From positions 1-32,740 of the forward strand of contig JBOGWH010000300.1 in NCBI GenBank assembly GCA_050692975.1: 32,740 nucleotides of DNA, given 5' to 3'. A model generated the notes under the pieces. It saw nothing but the letters and a program-made list of their open reading frames with translations, searched no databases and was not told the origin of the DNA. The translations under genes and the position numbers were made by a program. Shown in pieces: positions 17,812 to 25,792 of the stretch. Position 1 is the first letter of the stretch. Each line of letters begins with the position of its first letter. Source of the stretch: Actinomycetota bacterium (GTDB taxonomy: Bacteria > Actinomycetota > CADDZG01 > JAHWKV01).

Positions 17812-18968
17812 TATTGGATGGGACGCGCCGCCATGCTTCCCACCGCCAAAACCACCTCGTTGCTCTCCGAAAGCGTCGCAGGCACCGCTTCTATCTTGAT
17901 GTCCAGGCCGATTTTGCGCACCGATACGATCTCAAGCTCCTCTGCCAGCCCTATCGACGACGCCGGAGGCCCCTCCAGGATTCCTTTGGCGCCGTCGGCA
18001 ATTAACTTTGGGCCCAGGTAGATCACGTAACGGTCGATCAGGCGGGCGGCGCGGAACGCGGCGGCCAGCGTGGGACCACCTTCCAGCAGCACCGACAGGA
18101 CTCCCATGCGGGCCAGGTGAGAGGTCAGGGCCGGGATGGAAACTCGCCCTCCTTCCTCAGGAAGCCTTACGACCTCAGCGCCGGCGTCGGTGAGCCCGGC
18201 GACGGCGGCCCCAGGAGCGGTTTCGGCCACTGCGATCAAGGTTGGGGCGGACCCGTCGAGTACGCGGGTGCCGGGCGGGGTGCGGGCTTTGGAGTCGACT
18301 ATCACCCGCAGAGGCCCTGAGAGATGCTTGCCGCCGCTCCTGACGGTAAGCGAGGGATCGTCGGCCAGGACGGTGCCGATTCCAGCGCAAATCGCATCCA
18401 TGCGGGAGCGCACGCGGTGAACGTCGGCACGGGCCTGCGGCCCGGTGATCCACTGCGAGGAACCGTCGCCCGCCGAGGTCTTCCCGTCGAGGGTTGCCGC
18501 AGTTTTGCAGACGACCATCGGCCTTTGTTGAGAGCGATGAATCAGGTAGGCGCGATTTAACTCAGCAGCCTCGTCGGCCAGGCATCCGTCTTCGACCTCA
18601 ATACCCGCTGCTCTCAGCGCCGCAAAACCCCGGCCGCTGACCCTCGGATCCGGATCTTCAATCGCCGCCACGACGCGCGACACGCCGGCCGCGATCAAGG
18701 CCTCGGTGCAGGGAGGTGTGCGGCCGTGATGAGCGCACGGCTCGAGCGTGACGTAAACGGTCGAGCCGGCGACGGCCGGCCCTGCGGCGGCAACTGCGGC
18801 TGCCTCCCCGTGAGGAGTGCCGGGGCCTCGATGGCGGCCGGCGCCGATTACTTCCCCGTTGGCCACAACTACCGATCCCACCGTCGGGTTCGGACTGGTC
18901 CGGCCTCTCTCCTTCCGCGCGAGGGCCAAAGCCTGCTTCATAAAGGCAACGTCATCATTGGTAACCAC
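17811..18968 (-). CDS. ribD: bifunctional diaminohydroxyphosphoribosylaminopyrimidine deaminase / 5-amino-6-(5-phosphoribosylamino)uracil reductase
   Basis: Deaminase zinc motifs 'HGEAAA' and 'EPCAHHGRTPPC', followed by the reductase domain. The homologous N-terminus 'DDVAFMKQALALARKERGRTSPNPTVG' favours the GTG at 18968 (385 aa). The alternative is ATG 18941. The rest of the 580-aa track ORF (18969-19553) is antisense to hisG and was discarded. Confidence 0.9.
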   Translation of the reverse strand: MVTNDDVAFMKQALALARKERGRTSPNPTVGSVVVANGEVIGAGRHRGPGTPHGEAAAVAAAGPAVAGSTVYVTLEPCAHHGRTPPCTEALIAAGVSRVVAAIEDPDPRVSGRGFAALRAAGIEVEDGCLADEAAELNRAYLIHRSQQRPMVVCKTAATLDGKTSAGDGSSQWITGPQARADVHRVRSRMDAICAGIGTVLADDPSLTVRSGGKHLSGPLRVIVDSKARTPPGTRVLDGSAPTLIAVAETAPGAAVAGLTDAGAEVVRLPEEGGRVSIPALTSHLARMGVLSVLLEGGPTLAAAFRAARLIDRYVIYLGPKLIADGAKGILEGPPASSIGLAEELEIVSVRKIGLDIKIEAVPATLSESNEVVLAVGSMAARPIQ

Positions 18969-19010
18969 GTAACCAGGATATAGGGGCGGTCGGGATGGCT
19001 GGTTTATCCT

Positions 19011-19895
19011 GTGGGGGTGCTCAGACTTGTAATCCCTAAAGGTAGCCTGGAAAACCAGACACTGGCCCTGTTCGAGGCGGCCGACATCAGGTTGCTGCGC
19101 GGCAGCGACCGTGACTATCACGGCACGGTGGACGACCCCCGCATCGACCGGTTTTCCCTTCTCAGGCCCCAGGAGATACCCCGCTACGTCGAAGACGGCT
19201 TCTTCGACCTCGGACTGACCGGACTGGACTGGGTTCAGGAAACGGGGGCCAAAGTCGAGACCGTCGCCGAACTTCCCTATACCAAGGGTTACATCGGGGC
19301 CAAGGTCCGCATCGTCCTTGCCGTATCGGAACAATCCGGGATTTCGGAGGCAAGCCAGATAAAGCCGGACAGCCGGATATCGACCGAGTATCCTGATCTC
19401 ACCAAGCGCTTTTTTGCCGAGCTGGGCATCCCCGTGAAGATCTTCCTTTCCTACGGGGCCACCGAGGCCAAAGTTCCCGAAATCGTCGACGCGATCGTGG
19501 ACGTGACCGAGACCGGCAGCACCCTGCGAAGGAACGGAATGAGGATTATTCATACGCTGCTCGAATCGCCGACCCTGTTAATTGCAAACCCGTCCGCCTA
19601 CGCCGACGCCTCCAAGCGCAAGGCGATCGAAGAGATCCGGATTCTTCTGATGGGGGCCATCGATGCCAGGGGAAAAGTGCTTGTAAAGCTCAACGTCCAT
19701 GAGGATCGGCTGCAGGACATTTTGGGGGTGCTTCCCTCGCTGAAGGCTCCGACCGTTTCCAAGTTGGCGGAGCAGGCCTTTTTCGCGGTCGAAACCGTGG
19801 TTGAGAAGTCGGCGATCAACGTCCTCATTCCGACCCTGAAGGCACGGGGCGCCGCCGACATCCTGGAGCTACCTATAACGAAGATCGTCGATTGA
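19011..19895 (+). CDS. hisG: ATP phosphoribosyltransferase, long form
   Basis: 294 aa with 'LRLVIPKGSLE' and the PRPP loop 'DAIVDVTETGSTLRRNGM'. A C-terminal regulatory domain is present (long form, no HisZ needed). The start is GTG 19011 or GTG 19017. Confidence 0.92.
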   Translation: MGVLRLVIPKGSLENQTLALFEAADIRLLRGSDRDYHGTVDDPRIDRFSLLRPQEIPRYVEDGFFDLGLTGLDWVQETGAKVETVAELPYTKGYIGAKVRIVLAVSEQSGISEASQIKPDSRISTEYPDLTKRFFAELGIPVKIFLSYGATEAKVPEIVDAIVDVTETGSTLRRNGMRIIHTLLESPTLLIANPSAYADASKRKAIEEIRILLMGAIDARGKVLVKLNVHEDRLQDILGVLPSLKAPTVSKLAEQAFFAVETVVEKSAINVLIPTLKARGAADILELPITKIVD

Positions 19896-20040
19896 GCGCC
19901 AACCGCTTGTGGGAATCCGTCCCGGCGGTCCGTGAAAACCTAAGTCCTATTGTTTATCGCCCTGCTAAATGCTATTTTCACGTCGAGATTCAGGGCGTGG
20001 TTTGGCTTCCACGTTTGAAAGAAAACGAAAGGGCAGTTGA

Positions 20041-20241
20041 GTGGCACAGGGAACGGTCAAGTGGTTCAGCAACGAAAAGGGATACGGGTTCATCTCCGGA
20101 TCCGACGGTGAGGACGTATTCGTCCACTACACGGCAATCAGCGGCGACGGCTACCGCAGCCTCACCGAAGGGCAGTCGGTCGAATTCGACATCACGGAGG
20201 GTGGCAAAGGAAAGCAGGCAACCAACGTCCGTCCTGTGTAA
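20041..20241 (+). CDS. cspA: cold-shock domain protein (CspA family)
   Basis: 66 aa with a GTG start. RNP-1 'KGYGFI' and RNP-2 'VFVHY'. It is preceded by a 145-nt comparatively AT-rich non-coding stretch, as is usual for csp leaders. Confidence 0.95.
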   Translation: MAQGTVKWFSNEKGYGFISGSDGEDVFVHYTAISGDGYRSLTEGQSVEFDITEGGKGKQATNVRPV

Positions 20242-20389
20242 CGGCTCGAGCTTCATCGCAATTCTTCGTCGCAGGCCGCATTCTCGGCCGGCCGGCCTGG
20301 CGGAAGTATCAAAGCTCCCTCAAGTTTGCTCAGCCGCGGCCCGAAGCAATTAGGAGTGTATGTCGGGACTTTTCCAGGGGTGATGCCCC

Positions 20390-20968
20390 ATAGCCGCTGA
20401 GCCCAGGCTGAACGATCGCATCCGGGTACCCCAGGTCAGGGTTGTTGGGCCTGCCGGGGAACAATTGGGCATCATGAATACCGCAGAGGCGCTGGATCGC
20501 GCCCAGACCATGAGCTTCGACCTGGTCGAGGTGGCTCCTCAGGCCGAGCCCCCGGTCTGCAAGATCATGGACTACAGCAAGTACAAGTACGAGCGCGACG
20601 TCAAGGCGAAGGAAGCCCGCAAGCGTCAGCAGCAAGTCATCGTCAAGGAGATGAAGTTCAAGCCCAAGATCTCCTCCCACGACTACGACACCAAGAAGCA
20701 CCATATAGAGCGCTTCTTGAAGCAGGGCTCGAAGGTGAAAATCACGGTCTGGTTTCGCGGCCGGGAGATGCAGCACACCGAACTGGGAGCCCGCTTGCTT
20801 ACCAACCTGTCCGAGGAATTGTCCGAAATTGCAGTGATCGAGGCATCCCCCAAGCTGGACGGGCGCAACATGATCATGGTGCTGGCTCCGCAGAAAAAGC
20901 AGATCAAGGCACACGAAAGCGAGGGTTCACCCGGCGAGGCGCAGGCCGCCGCCGGCAACGGCGGGTAA
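20390..20968 (+). CDS. infC: translation initiation factor IF-3 (probable ATA start)
   Basis: The track ORF starts at 20465, but IF3 homology 'PRLNDRIRVPQVRVVGPAGEQLGI' continues upstream in frame to the TGA at 20381-20383. The only candidate starts are ATA 20390 (GGGGTGA 6 nt upstream), CTG 20408 and ATC 20420. Non-canonical infC starts are well established. Confidence 0.88.
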   Translation: MAAEPRLNDRIRVPQVRVVGPAGEQLGIMNTAEALDRAQTMSFDLVEVAPQAEPPVCKIMDYSKYKYERDVKAKEARKRQQQVIVKEMKFKPKISSHDYDTKKHHIERFLKQGSKVKITVWFRGREMQHTELGARLLTNLSEELSEIAVIEASPKLDGRNMIMVLAPQKKQIKAHESEGSPGEAQAAAGNGG

Positions 20969-20977
20969 TATAGGCGG

Positions 20978-21175
20978 ATGCCAAAGCAAAAGACCCACCG
21001 CGGGGCAGCCAAGAGATTTCGAAAGACCGGGACCGGAAAGATCGTTCGCGTCCAGGCCGCGGTCGCGCACTATCTCGAACACAAGCCCGGCCAGGTGCGC
21101 CGGCGCCTTCAGCGTGACGGACTGGTGCATAAGGCAGACGAGCGCCGGGTTAAGAAAATGCTCGGAGGCAAGTAA
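20978..21175 (+). CDS. rpmI: 50S ribosomal protein L35
   Basis: 65 aa starting '[22 protein letters not shown]'. infC-rpmI-rplT is a conserved operon. Confidence 0.96.
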   Translation: MPKQKTHRGAAKRFRKTGTGKIVRVQAAVAHYLEHKPGQVRRRLQRDGLVHKADERRVKKMLGGK

Positions 21176-21543
21176 TGGCTAGAGTCCGAAGAGGAGTGAC
21201 CAAGCACCGCCGTCACCAGAAGGTCCTCAAAGCCGCTGCGGGCTACCGCGGCGTCCGGAGTCGCCGGTTTCGCGCCGCCAAGGAGCAGGTCATCCACTCG
21301 ATGGTCTATTCCTACAGGGACCGCCGCGACCGCAAGGGGCAATTCCGCAGGCTGTGGATCGCGCGTATCAATGCTGCAGCTCGCTCCAACGGCATCTCGT
21401 ACAACCGCTTCATGGAAGGCCTGCGTTCGGCCGGAGTCGAGCTGGACCGCAAAGTGCTCGCCGAGATCGCCGTTAGCGATCCTGCAGCATTCTCGTCTCT
21501 GGCGGAGACGGCCAAACAGCAAACCCTGAAGGCGGCAAGTTAA
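21175..21543 (+). CDS. rplT: 50S ribosomal protein L20
   Basis: 122 aa with '[19 protein letters not shown]...GYRG...' and '[13 protein letters not shown]'. The ATG shares one nt with the rpmI stop (TAATG). Confidence 0.96.
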   Translation: MARVRRGVTKHRRHQKVLKAAAGYRGVRSRRFRAAKEQVIHSMVYSYRDRRDRKGQFRRLWIARINAAARSNGISYNRFMEGLRSAGVELDRKVLAEIAVSDPAAFSSLAETAKQQTLKAAS

Positions 21544-21597
21544 GGCCCTGCGGGCCATAACCCGGGCAACGGCAACGTTTCGGATACGCTTTTAACC

Positions 21598-22308
21598 ATG
21601 GAAAAGGGCGATCGGGAACTGTATACGCTTCTCGAAATCGTCTCCCACGAGCTGCGGTCACCGTTGACCTCGATCAAGGGGTTCGCTTCCACGCTGGTGG
21701 ACAAGTGGGAACGGTTCGACGATGCCACCAAGCGCAGCCTGCTGGACACCATCAACAAAGATGCCGACCGCATAACGAGGCTCGTCGGAGAGCTGCTGGA
21801 TCTCAGCCGGCTCGAGGCAGGGCGGCTGATCTTGAACAAGAAGCCGGTCAAGCCCGCAGCCGTGGCGCAGCGGGTGGTGGAGCACATCGCCGACCGGGCT
21901 CCCGAACATGAGTTAAAGGTCGAGATCGACGAATCCATCCCGGATGTCCTGGCCGACCCCGATAAGGTCGAGCAGGTGCTGACCAACCTGGTCGAAAACG
22001 CGGTCAAGTACACCGCCGGGGGCACGGTGACGATCGCCTCCAGGCGAGCCACCCGCGGGGAATCCAATGGACTGGTGGAGATCTCCGTCACCGACCAGGG
22101 TGAGGGCATTCCGGCCCCGGACCGCGACCAGATCTTCGCAAAGTTCTTTCGGCGGCAAGAAGGTCTTGCTAAGAGCAAGCCGGGCAGCGGTCTCGGCCTT
22201 TACATCTGCAGGGGACTGGTGGAGGCACAGGGGGGCAGCATCTGGGTCGACGATGCGCAGGGCGGGGGCGCCGCATTTGCGTTTACACTGCCCGCGGCCG
22301 CTCAATAA
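21598..22308 (+). CDS. minimal soluble histidine kinase (DHp + CA domains only, no input domain)
   Basis: 236 aa. H-box 'SHELRSPLTSIKGF' begins at residue 16. N-box 'LTNLVENAVKYT', G1 'DQGEGIP', F 'IFAKFFR', G2 'GSGLGLYICRG'. There is no TM segment and no PAS, GAF or HAMP domain. An in-frame stop (the rplT TAA) lies 18 codons upstream, so there is no hidden N-terminal extension. Confidence 0.85.
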   Translation: MEKGDRELYTLLEIVSHELRSPLTSIKGFASTLVDKWERFDDATKRSLLDTINKDADRITRLVGELLDLSRLEAGRLILNKKPVKPAAVAQRVVEHIADRAPEHELKVEIDESIPDVLADPDKVEQVLTNLVENAVKYTAGGTVTIASRRATRGESNGLVEISVTDQGEGIPAPDRDQIFAKFFRRQEGLAKSKPGSGLGLYICRGLVEAQGGSIWVDDAQGGGAAFAFTLPAAAQ

Positions 22309-22339
22309 ACTCCACCCGGCTCTCCAACTCAAAGATTAG

Positions 22340-23374
22340 ATGGAATCGCAACAAGCTCTTGATCAGCTAACCGCCGTCAAGCAACAGGCACTGGCGGCCA
22401 TTGCCGCCGCCGATGACGAGGCAGCCTTGAGCGAAGCCAAGATCGTCTATATGGGGCGCAAGAGCGCGATGGCGGAGATCGGCCGGGCCCTTGCAAAGAT
22501 GGACGCGGATGCCCGAAGGCGGGTGGGCCGGCTTGCCAACGAGGTTCGCTCGGCCGTGGAATCGGCTCTGTCCGAAAAGGCCTTGGAGCTCAAAAGTTAC
22601 GGTGGCGGCCGGCCCGCCATCGACGTCACCCTTCCGGGCCGCCGCGGTCCGCTCGGCAGGGTCCATCCGCTTACCGAGGTCCTTGACGAGATCATCGACA
22701 TCTTCGTCGGCCTGGGATATCAGGTCGCCGATGGCCCGGTTGTGGAGACCGACTATTACAACTTCGAGGCTCTGAACTTCCCGCCCGACCATCCGGCCCG
22801 CTCAATGCACGACACCTTCTATATGGAGTCCACCGGCGGCGAAGAGCGGCTGCTGCGGACGCATACCTCCCCGGTGCAGATCCGCCTGATGAAGTCGACG
22901 CCCCCGCCGTTGTACATGGTTATTCCGGGTATCTGCTGCCGCCGTGACGAGGTGGACGCGAATCACCTTTCGGTCTTCAATCAGATAGAGGGGCTGGCGG
23001 TCGACCACGGGGTCAGTTTTTCGGACCTCAAGGGGACTCTGGAAGTTTTCGCCCGCCAGATGTTCGGAGCGAACCTGACCGTCAGGATGCACCCCAGCTT
23101 CTTTCCCTTCACCGAGCCCTCCGCCGAGGTCTACGTTTCCTGCTTTGCCTGCGGCGGGAGCGGCTGCCGGACCTGTGGGGGAGAAGGCTGGATCGAGATT
23201 ATGGGCGCGGGCATGGTCCATCCCAACGTGCTCAGGAAGGGTGGCTACGACCCCGAGATCAGCGGGTTCGCCTTTGGAATGGGCATCGAGCGCATCGCCA
23301 AGCTGCGCTACTCGGTGACCGACCTGCGCTCCTTCTACGAAAACGACGTGCGGTTTCTGGGTGCCGGCGCTTGA
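22340..23374 (+). CDS. pheS: phenylalanine--tRNA ligase alpha subunit
   Basis: 344 aa with class-II aaRS motifs: 'FPPDHPARSMHDTFY', 'CCRRDEVDANHLSVFNQIEGL' and 'GFAFGMGIERIAKLRY'. Confidence 0.96.
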   Translation: MESQQALDQLTAVKQQALAAIAAADDEAALSEAKIVYMGRKSAMAEIGRALAKMDADARRRVGRLANEVRSAVESALSEKALELKSYGGGRPAIDVTLPGRRGPLGRVHPLTEVLDEIIDIFVGLGYQVADGPVVETDYYNFEALNFPPDHPARSMHDTFYMESTGGEERLLRTHTSPVQIRLMKSTPPPLYMVIPGICCRRDEVDANHLSVFNQIEGLAVDHGVSFSDLKGTLEVFARQMFGANLTVRMHPSFFPFTEPSAEVYVSCFACGGSGCRTCGGEGWIEIMGAGMVHPNVLRKGGYDPEISGFAFGMGIERIAKLRYSVTDLRSFYENDVRFLGAGA

Positions 23375-25740
23375 AGATCGTTTACTCCTGGCTCAAGAAA
23401 TTCGTCGAGGTACACGAGCCCCCAGAGCGGCTGGCCGAGATCCTGACGGCCGCCGGTATGAAGGTCGAGAAGATCCACAGGGTCGGGGAAGGCCTTGAGG
23501 GAGTGGTGGTCGGCGAAGTGCTGAAGATCGAGCCGCATCCCAACGCCGACAAGCTGATCGTTGTAACTGCAGATACGGGATCGCAGCAGTTGCGGATCGT
23601 CTGCGGTGCCTCCAATTTCCAGACGGGGGACCGGGTCCCCGTCGCCGCCCCCGGGGCACGCCTGCCTGGGCTCGGCGTGCTGGAGGCCCGCAAGTTTCGC
23701 GGCGTGATGTCGGAGGGGATGCTCTGCTCGGCGGCCGAGCTGGGGGTGGGTACCGACCATACCGGGATCCTGGTACTTCCCGAAGACTCTAAGACCGGAG
23801 TCGACGTCCGGGAAATGCTCGGTGGCTCGGACGCGGTGCTGGAGCTGGAGATCACCCCCAATCGACCCGACGCCATGAGCTTGATCGGGATTGCCCGGGA
23901 GGTGGCCGCCTTTACCGGCGGGGAGATCAAAGAGATTTCATCCTCGGTCGCCGAGGGGTCCCGTCGCGCCGAAGACCTGATCAAGGTGACGGTTCAGGAT
24001 CCAAAGGGGTGCCCGCGCTACCTGGCGCGGGTCATAGAGGGAGTAACCGTGGGCCCCTCTCCCGACAGCGTCCAGCGCCTGCTTGCCCTGGCGGGGATCC
24101 GCCCCATCAGCAACGTCGTTGATGCGACGAACTACGCACTCTTGATCACCGGCCATCCCTTGCATGCCTTCGATCTGTCGGCGCTGGAGGAGTCCACGAT
24201 CGTCGTGCGCAGGGCTGTGGCGGGGGAGAAACTCATAACGATTGACGGCGCCGAGATTTCCCTGGACACCGACGATGTCGTGATTGCCGACGCCGCCCGC
24301 CCGGTTGCTCTTGCCGGGATCATGGGCGGGCGCGATACCGAGGTCACCGAGTCCACCCAAACCGTCGCCCTGGAGTCCGCTTATTTCGACCCTCCGGCGA
24401 TTTTCCGGGCTTCACAGCGCCACCAACTGCGTACCGAGTCTTCGGCCCGTTTCGAGCGGGGAGCCGATCCCAACAACGTAGATTTTGCCGCCGATCTGGC
24501 CGCCTCACTCATGCTGCAGTGGGCCGGCGGTCAAGCTGCGGCCGGCAGGGTGGATATTTACCCGGCCCCCGCGGGGCCGCGCATAGTGACCCTGCGCACG
24601 GGGCGGGCCAACCTGCTGCTCGGCACCAAACTCGAGGAGGCCGAAATGATCAAGTCCTTCGAGCGTCTGGGGCTGCCGGCCTCGGCCGTGGACGGCTCCA
24701 TCGCCGTGCAGGTTCCGACCAGGCGCGCAGACCTGGTGCTCGAGGAGGACCTGGTGGAGGAGATCGCACGGGTGGTCGGGTACGACAACATCCCGTCCAC
24801 GCTGCCAGGCGGCGAGGACCGGATCGGGTCGCTGCCCCTCAAGGAGAGGCTCCTCCGGCGGCTCAAAGCCGCTCTGGCCACCGCAGGTCTCTTCGAGGCG
24901 CGAAGCTCGATCCTGATCAGCCCCTCGGACTTCGAATGGTCTTCCCCCGGCGCCCCGGTGCAGAGGCTGGCCAACCCGCTGTCCGAGGATGAGTCGGTGC
25001 TGAGGGGATCGTTGCTCCCAGGCCTTGCTCGATCGGCTGGGCGAAACTTCGCACGCCGCAACACCGAGGTCCGGCTGTTTGAATTCGGCAACATCTTCGG
25101 CGACGAAGAAGTCCCGCGCCTTGGGATCGCCGTCGGAGGGGTCACGCCAACGCAGTGGTTCGGGCCCGCGCGGCCCCTGGACTTCTACGACCTGAAGGCT
25201 GCAATTGAAGTCGTGGCCGCGACCCTCCACATAGACGGTTTCGTATTCAAGGCCCCGGCCGGACGGGAGCCCTATCACGGCCCTGAGAGTGCGGGAGTAT
25301 CATGCGGCGAAACGCCGGTTGGCGCCATGGGTCGTCTGGGGGAAAGCGTTGCTTCAAAGCTGGACCTCGAGTACCCGGTCTACGTCGCGGAACTGGACTT
25401 TCAGGCGCTGCTGGATGTTGCCGGCCCGGAGGCGGGGCCGAGGGTGGAGGCCGCGCGGTTCCCGGCCGTGTTTTTGGACCTTGCCGTGTCGGTGCCCGAG
25501 CAGTTGTCCGCCGGGGATGTCCTCGGCGCCATCCGGGAGGCCGGCGGCGACATCCTGGAGGCCGTCAGGCTGATCGACGTGTATCAGGGCGAGCAGGTCG
25601 GTGCGGAGCGCAAGAGCCTGGCTTTCTCGATGGTGTTCCGGAGCACGGAGCGGACGCTGCGGGACAGGGAGGCGCTCAAGGCACGGGACGCTGCAGGGGC
25701 GCTGATCGCCGAACGGTACGGAGGGGTCGTCCGCAGCTAG
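23371..25740 (+). CDS. pheT: phenylalanine--tRNA ligase beta subunit
   Basis: 789 aa with a TTG start overlapping the pheS stop (TTGA). N-terminal tRNA-binding OB fold 'VVVGEVLKIEPHPNADKLIV', B3/4 and B5 regions, and a C-terminal FDX-ACB-like domain. Confidence 0.95.
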   Translation: MKIVYSWLKKFVEVHEPPERLAEILTAAGMKVEKIHRVGEGLEGVVVGEVLKIEPHPNADKLIVVTADTGSQQLRIVCGASNFQTGDRVPVAAPGARLPGLGVLEARKFRGVMSEGMLCSAAELGVGTDHTGILVLPEDSKTGVDVREMLGGSDAVLELEITPNRPDAMSLIGIAREVAAFTGGEIKEISSSVAEGSRRAEDLIKVTVQDPKGCPRYLARVIEGVTVGPSPDSVQRLLALAGIRPISNVVDATNYALLITGHPLHAFDLSALEESTIVVRRAVAGEKLITIDGAEISLDTDDVVIADAARPVALAGIMGGRDTEVTESTQTVALESAYFDPPAIFRASQRHQLRTESSARFERGADPNNVDFAADLAASLMLQWAGGQAAAGRVDIYPAPAGPRIVTLRTGRANLLLGTKLEEAEMIKSFERLGLPASAVDGSIAVQVPTRRADLVLEEDLVEEIARVVGYDNIPSTLPGGEDRIGSLPLKERLLRRLKAALATAGLFEARSSILISPSDFEWSSPGAPVQRLANPLSEDESVLRGSLLPGLARSAGRNFARRNTEVRLFEFGNIFGDEEVPRLGIAVGGVTPTQWFGPARPLDFYDLKAAIEVVAATLHIDGFVFKAPAGREPYHGPESAGVSCGETPVGAMGRLGESVASKLDLEYPVYVAELDFQALLDVAGPEAGPRVEAARFPAVFLDLAVSVPEQLSAGDVLGAIREAGGDILEAVRLIDVYQGEQVGAERKSLAFSMVFRSTERTLRDREALKARDAAGALIAERYGGVVRS

Positions 25741-25743
25741 GTT

Positions 25744-25782
25744 TATGCAGGGCTCTGCATAGTCATACGGGTTTCTGTATGA
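25744..25782 (+). promoter_or_regulatory. two adjacent palindromes upstream of argC (candidate tandem ARG boxes / ArgR operator)
   Basis: Box 1 at 25744-25761 is TATGCAG-ggct-CTGCATA, an 18-bp perfect 7+7 inverted repeat that fits the wnTGnAT....ATnCAnw ARG-box layout. Box 2 at 25763-25782 is TCATAC-gggtttct-GTATGA. Centre-to-centre spacing is 20 bp. They end 11 nt before the argC ATG, and argR is encoded in the same operon. Confidence 0.5.
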
Positions 25783-25792
25783 TTATGAGGAT

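Noticed and set aside
18969-19553. N-terminal 195-aa extension of the ribD track ORF (580 aa in total).
   Set aside because: RibD homology starts at '...DDVAFMKQALALARKERG' (about 18968). The extension is antisense to hisG, which has clear HisG motifs, and shows no deaminase-related sequence.
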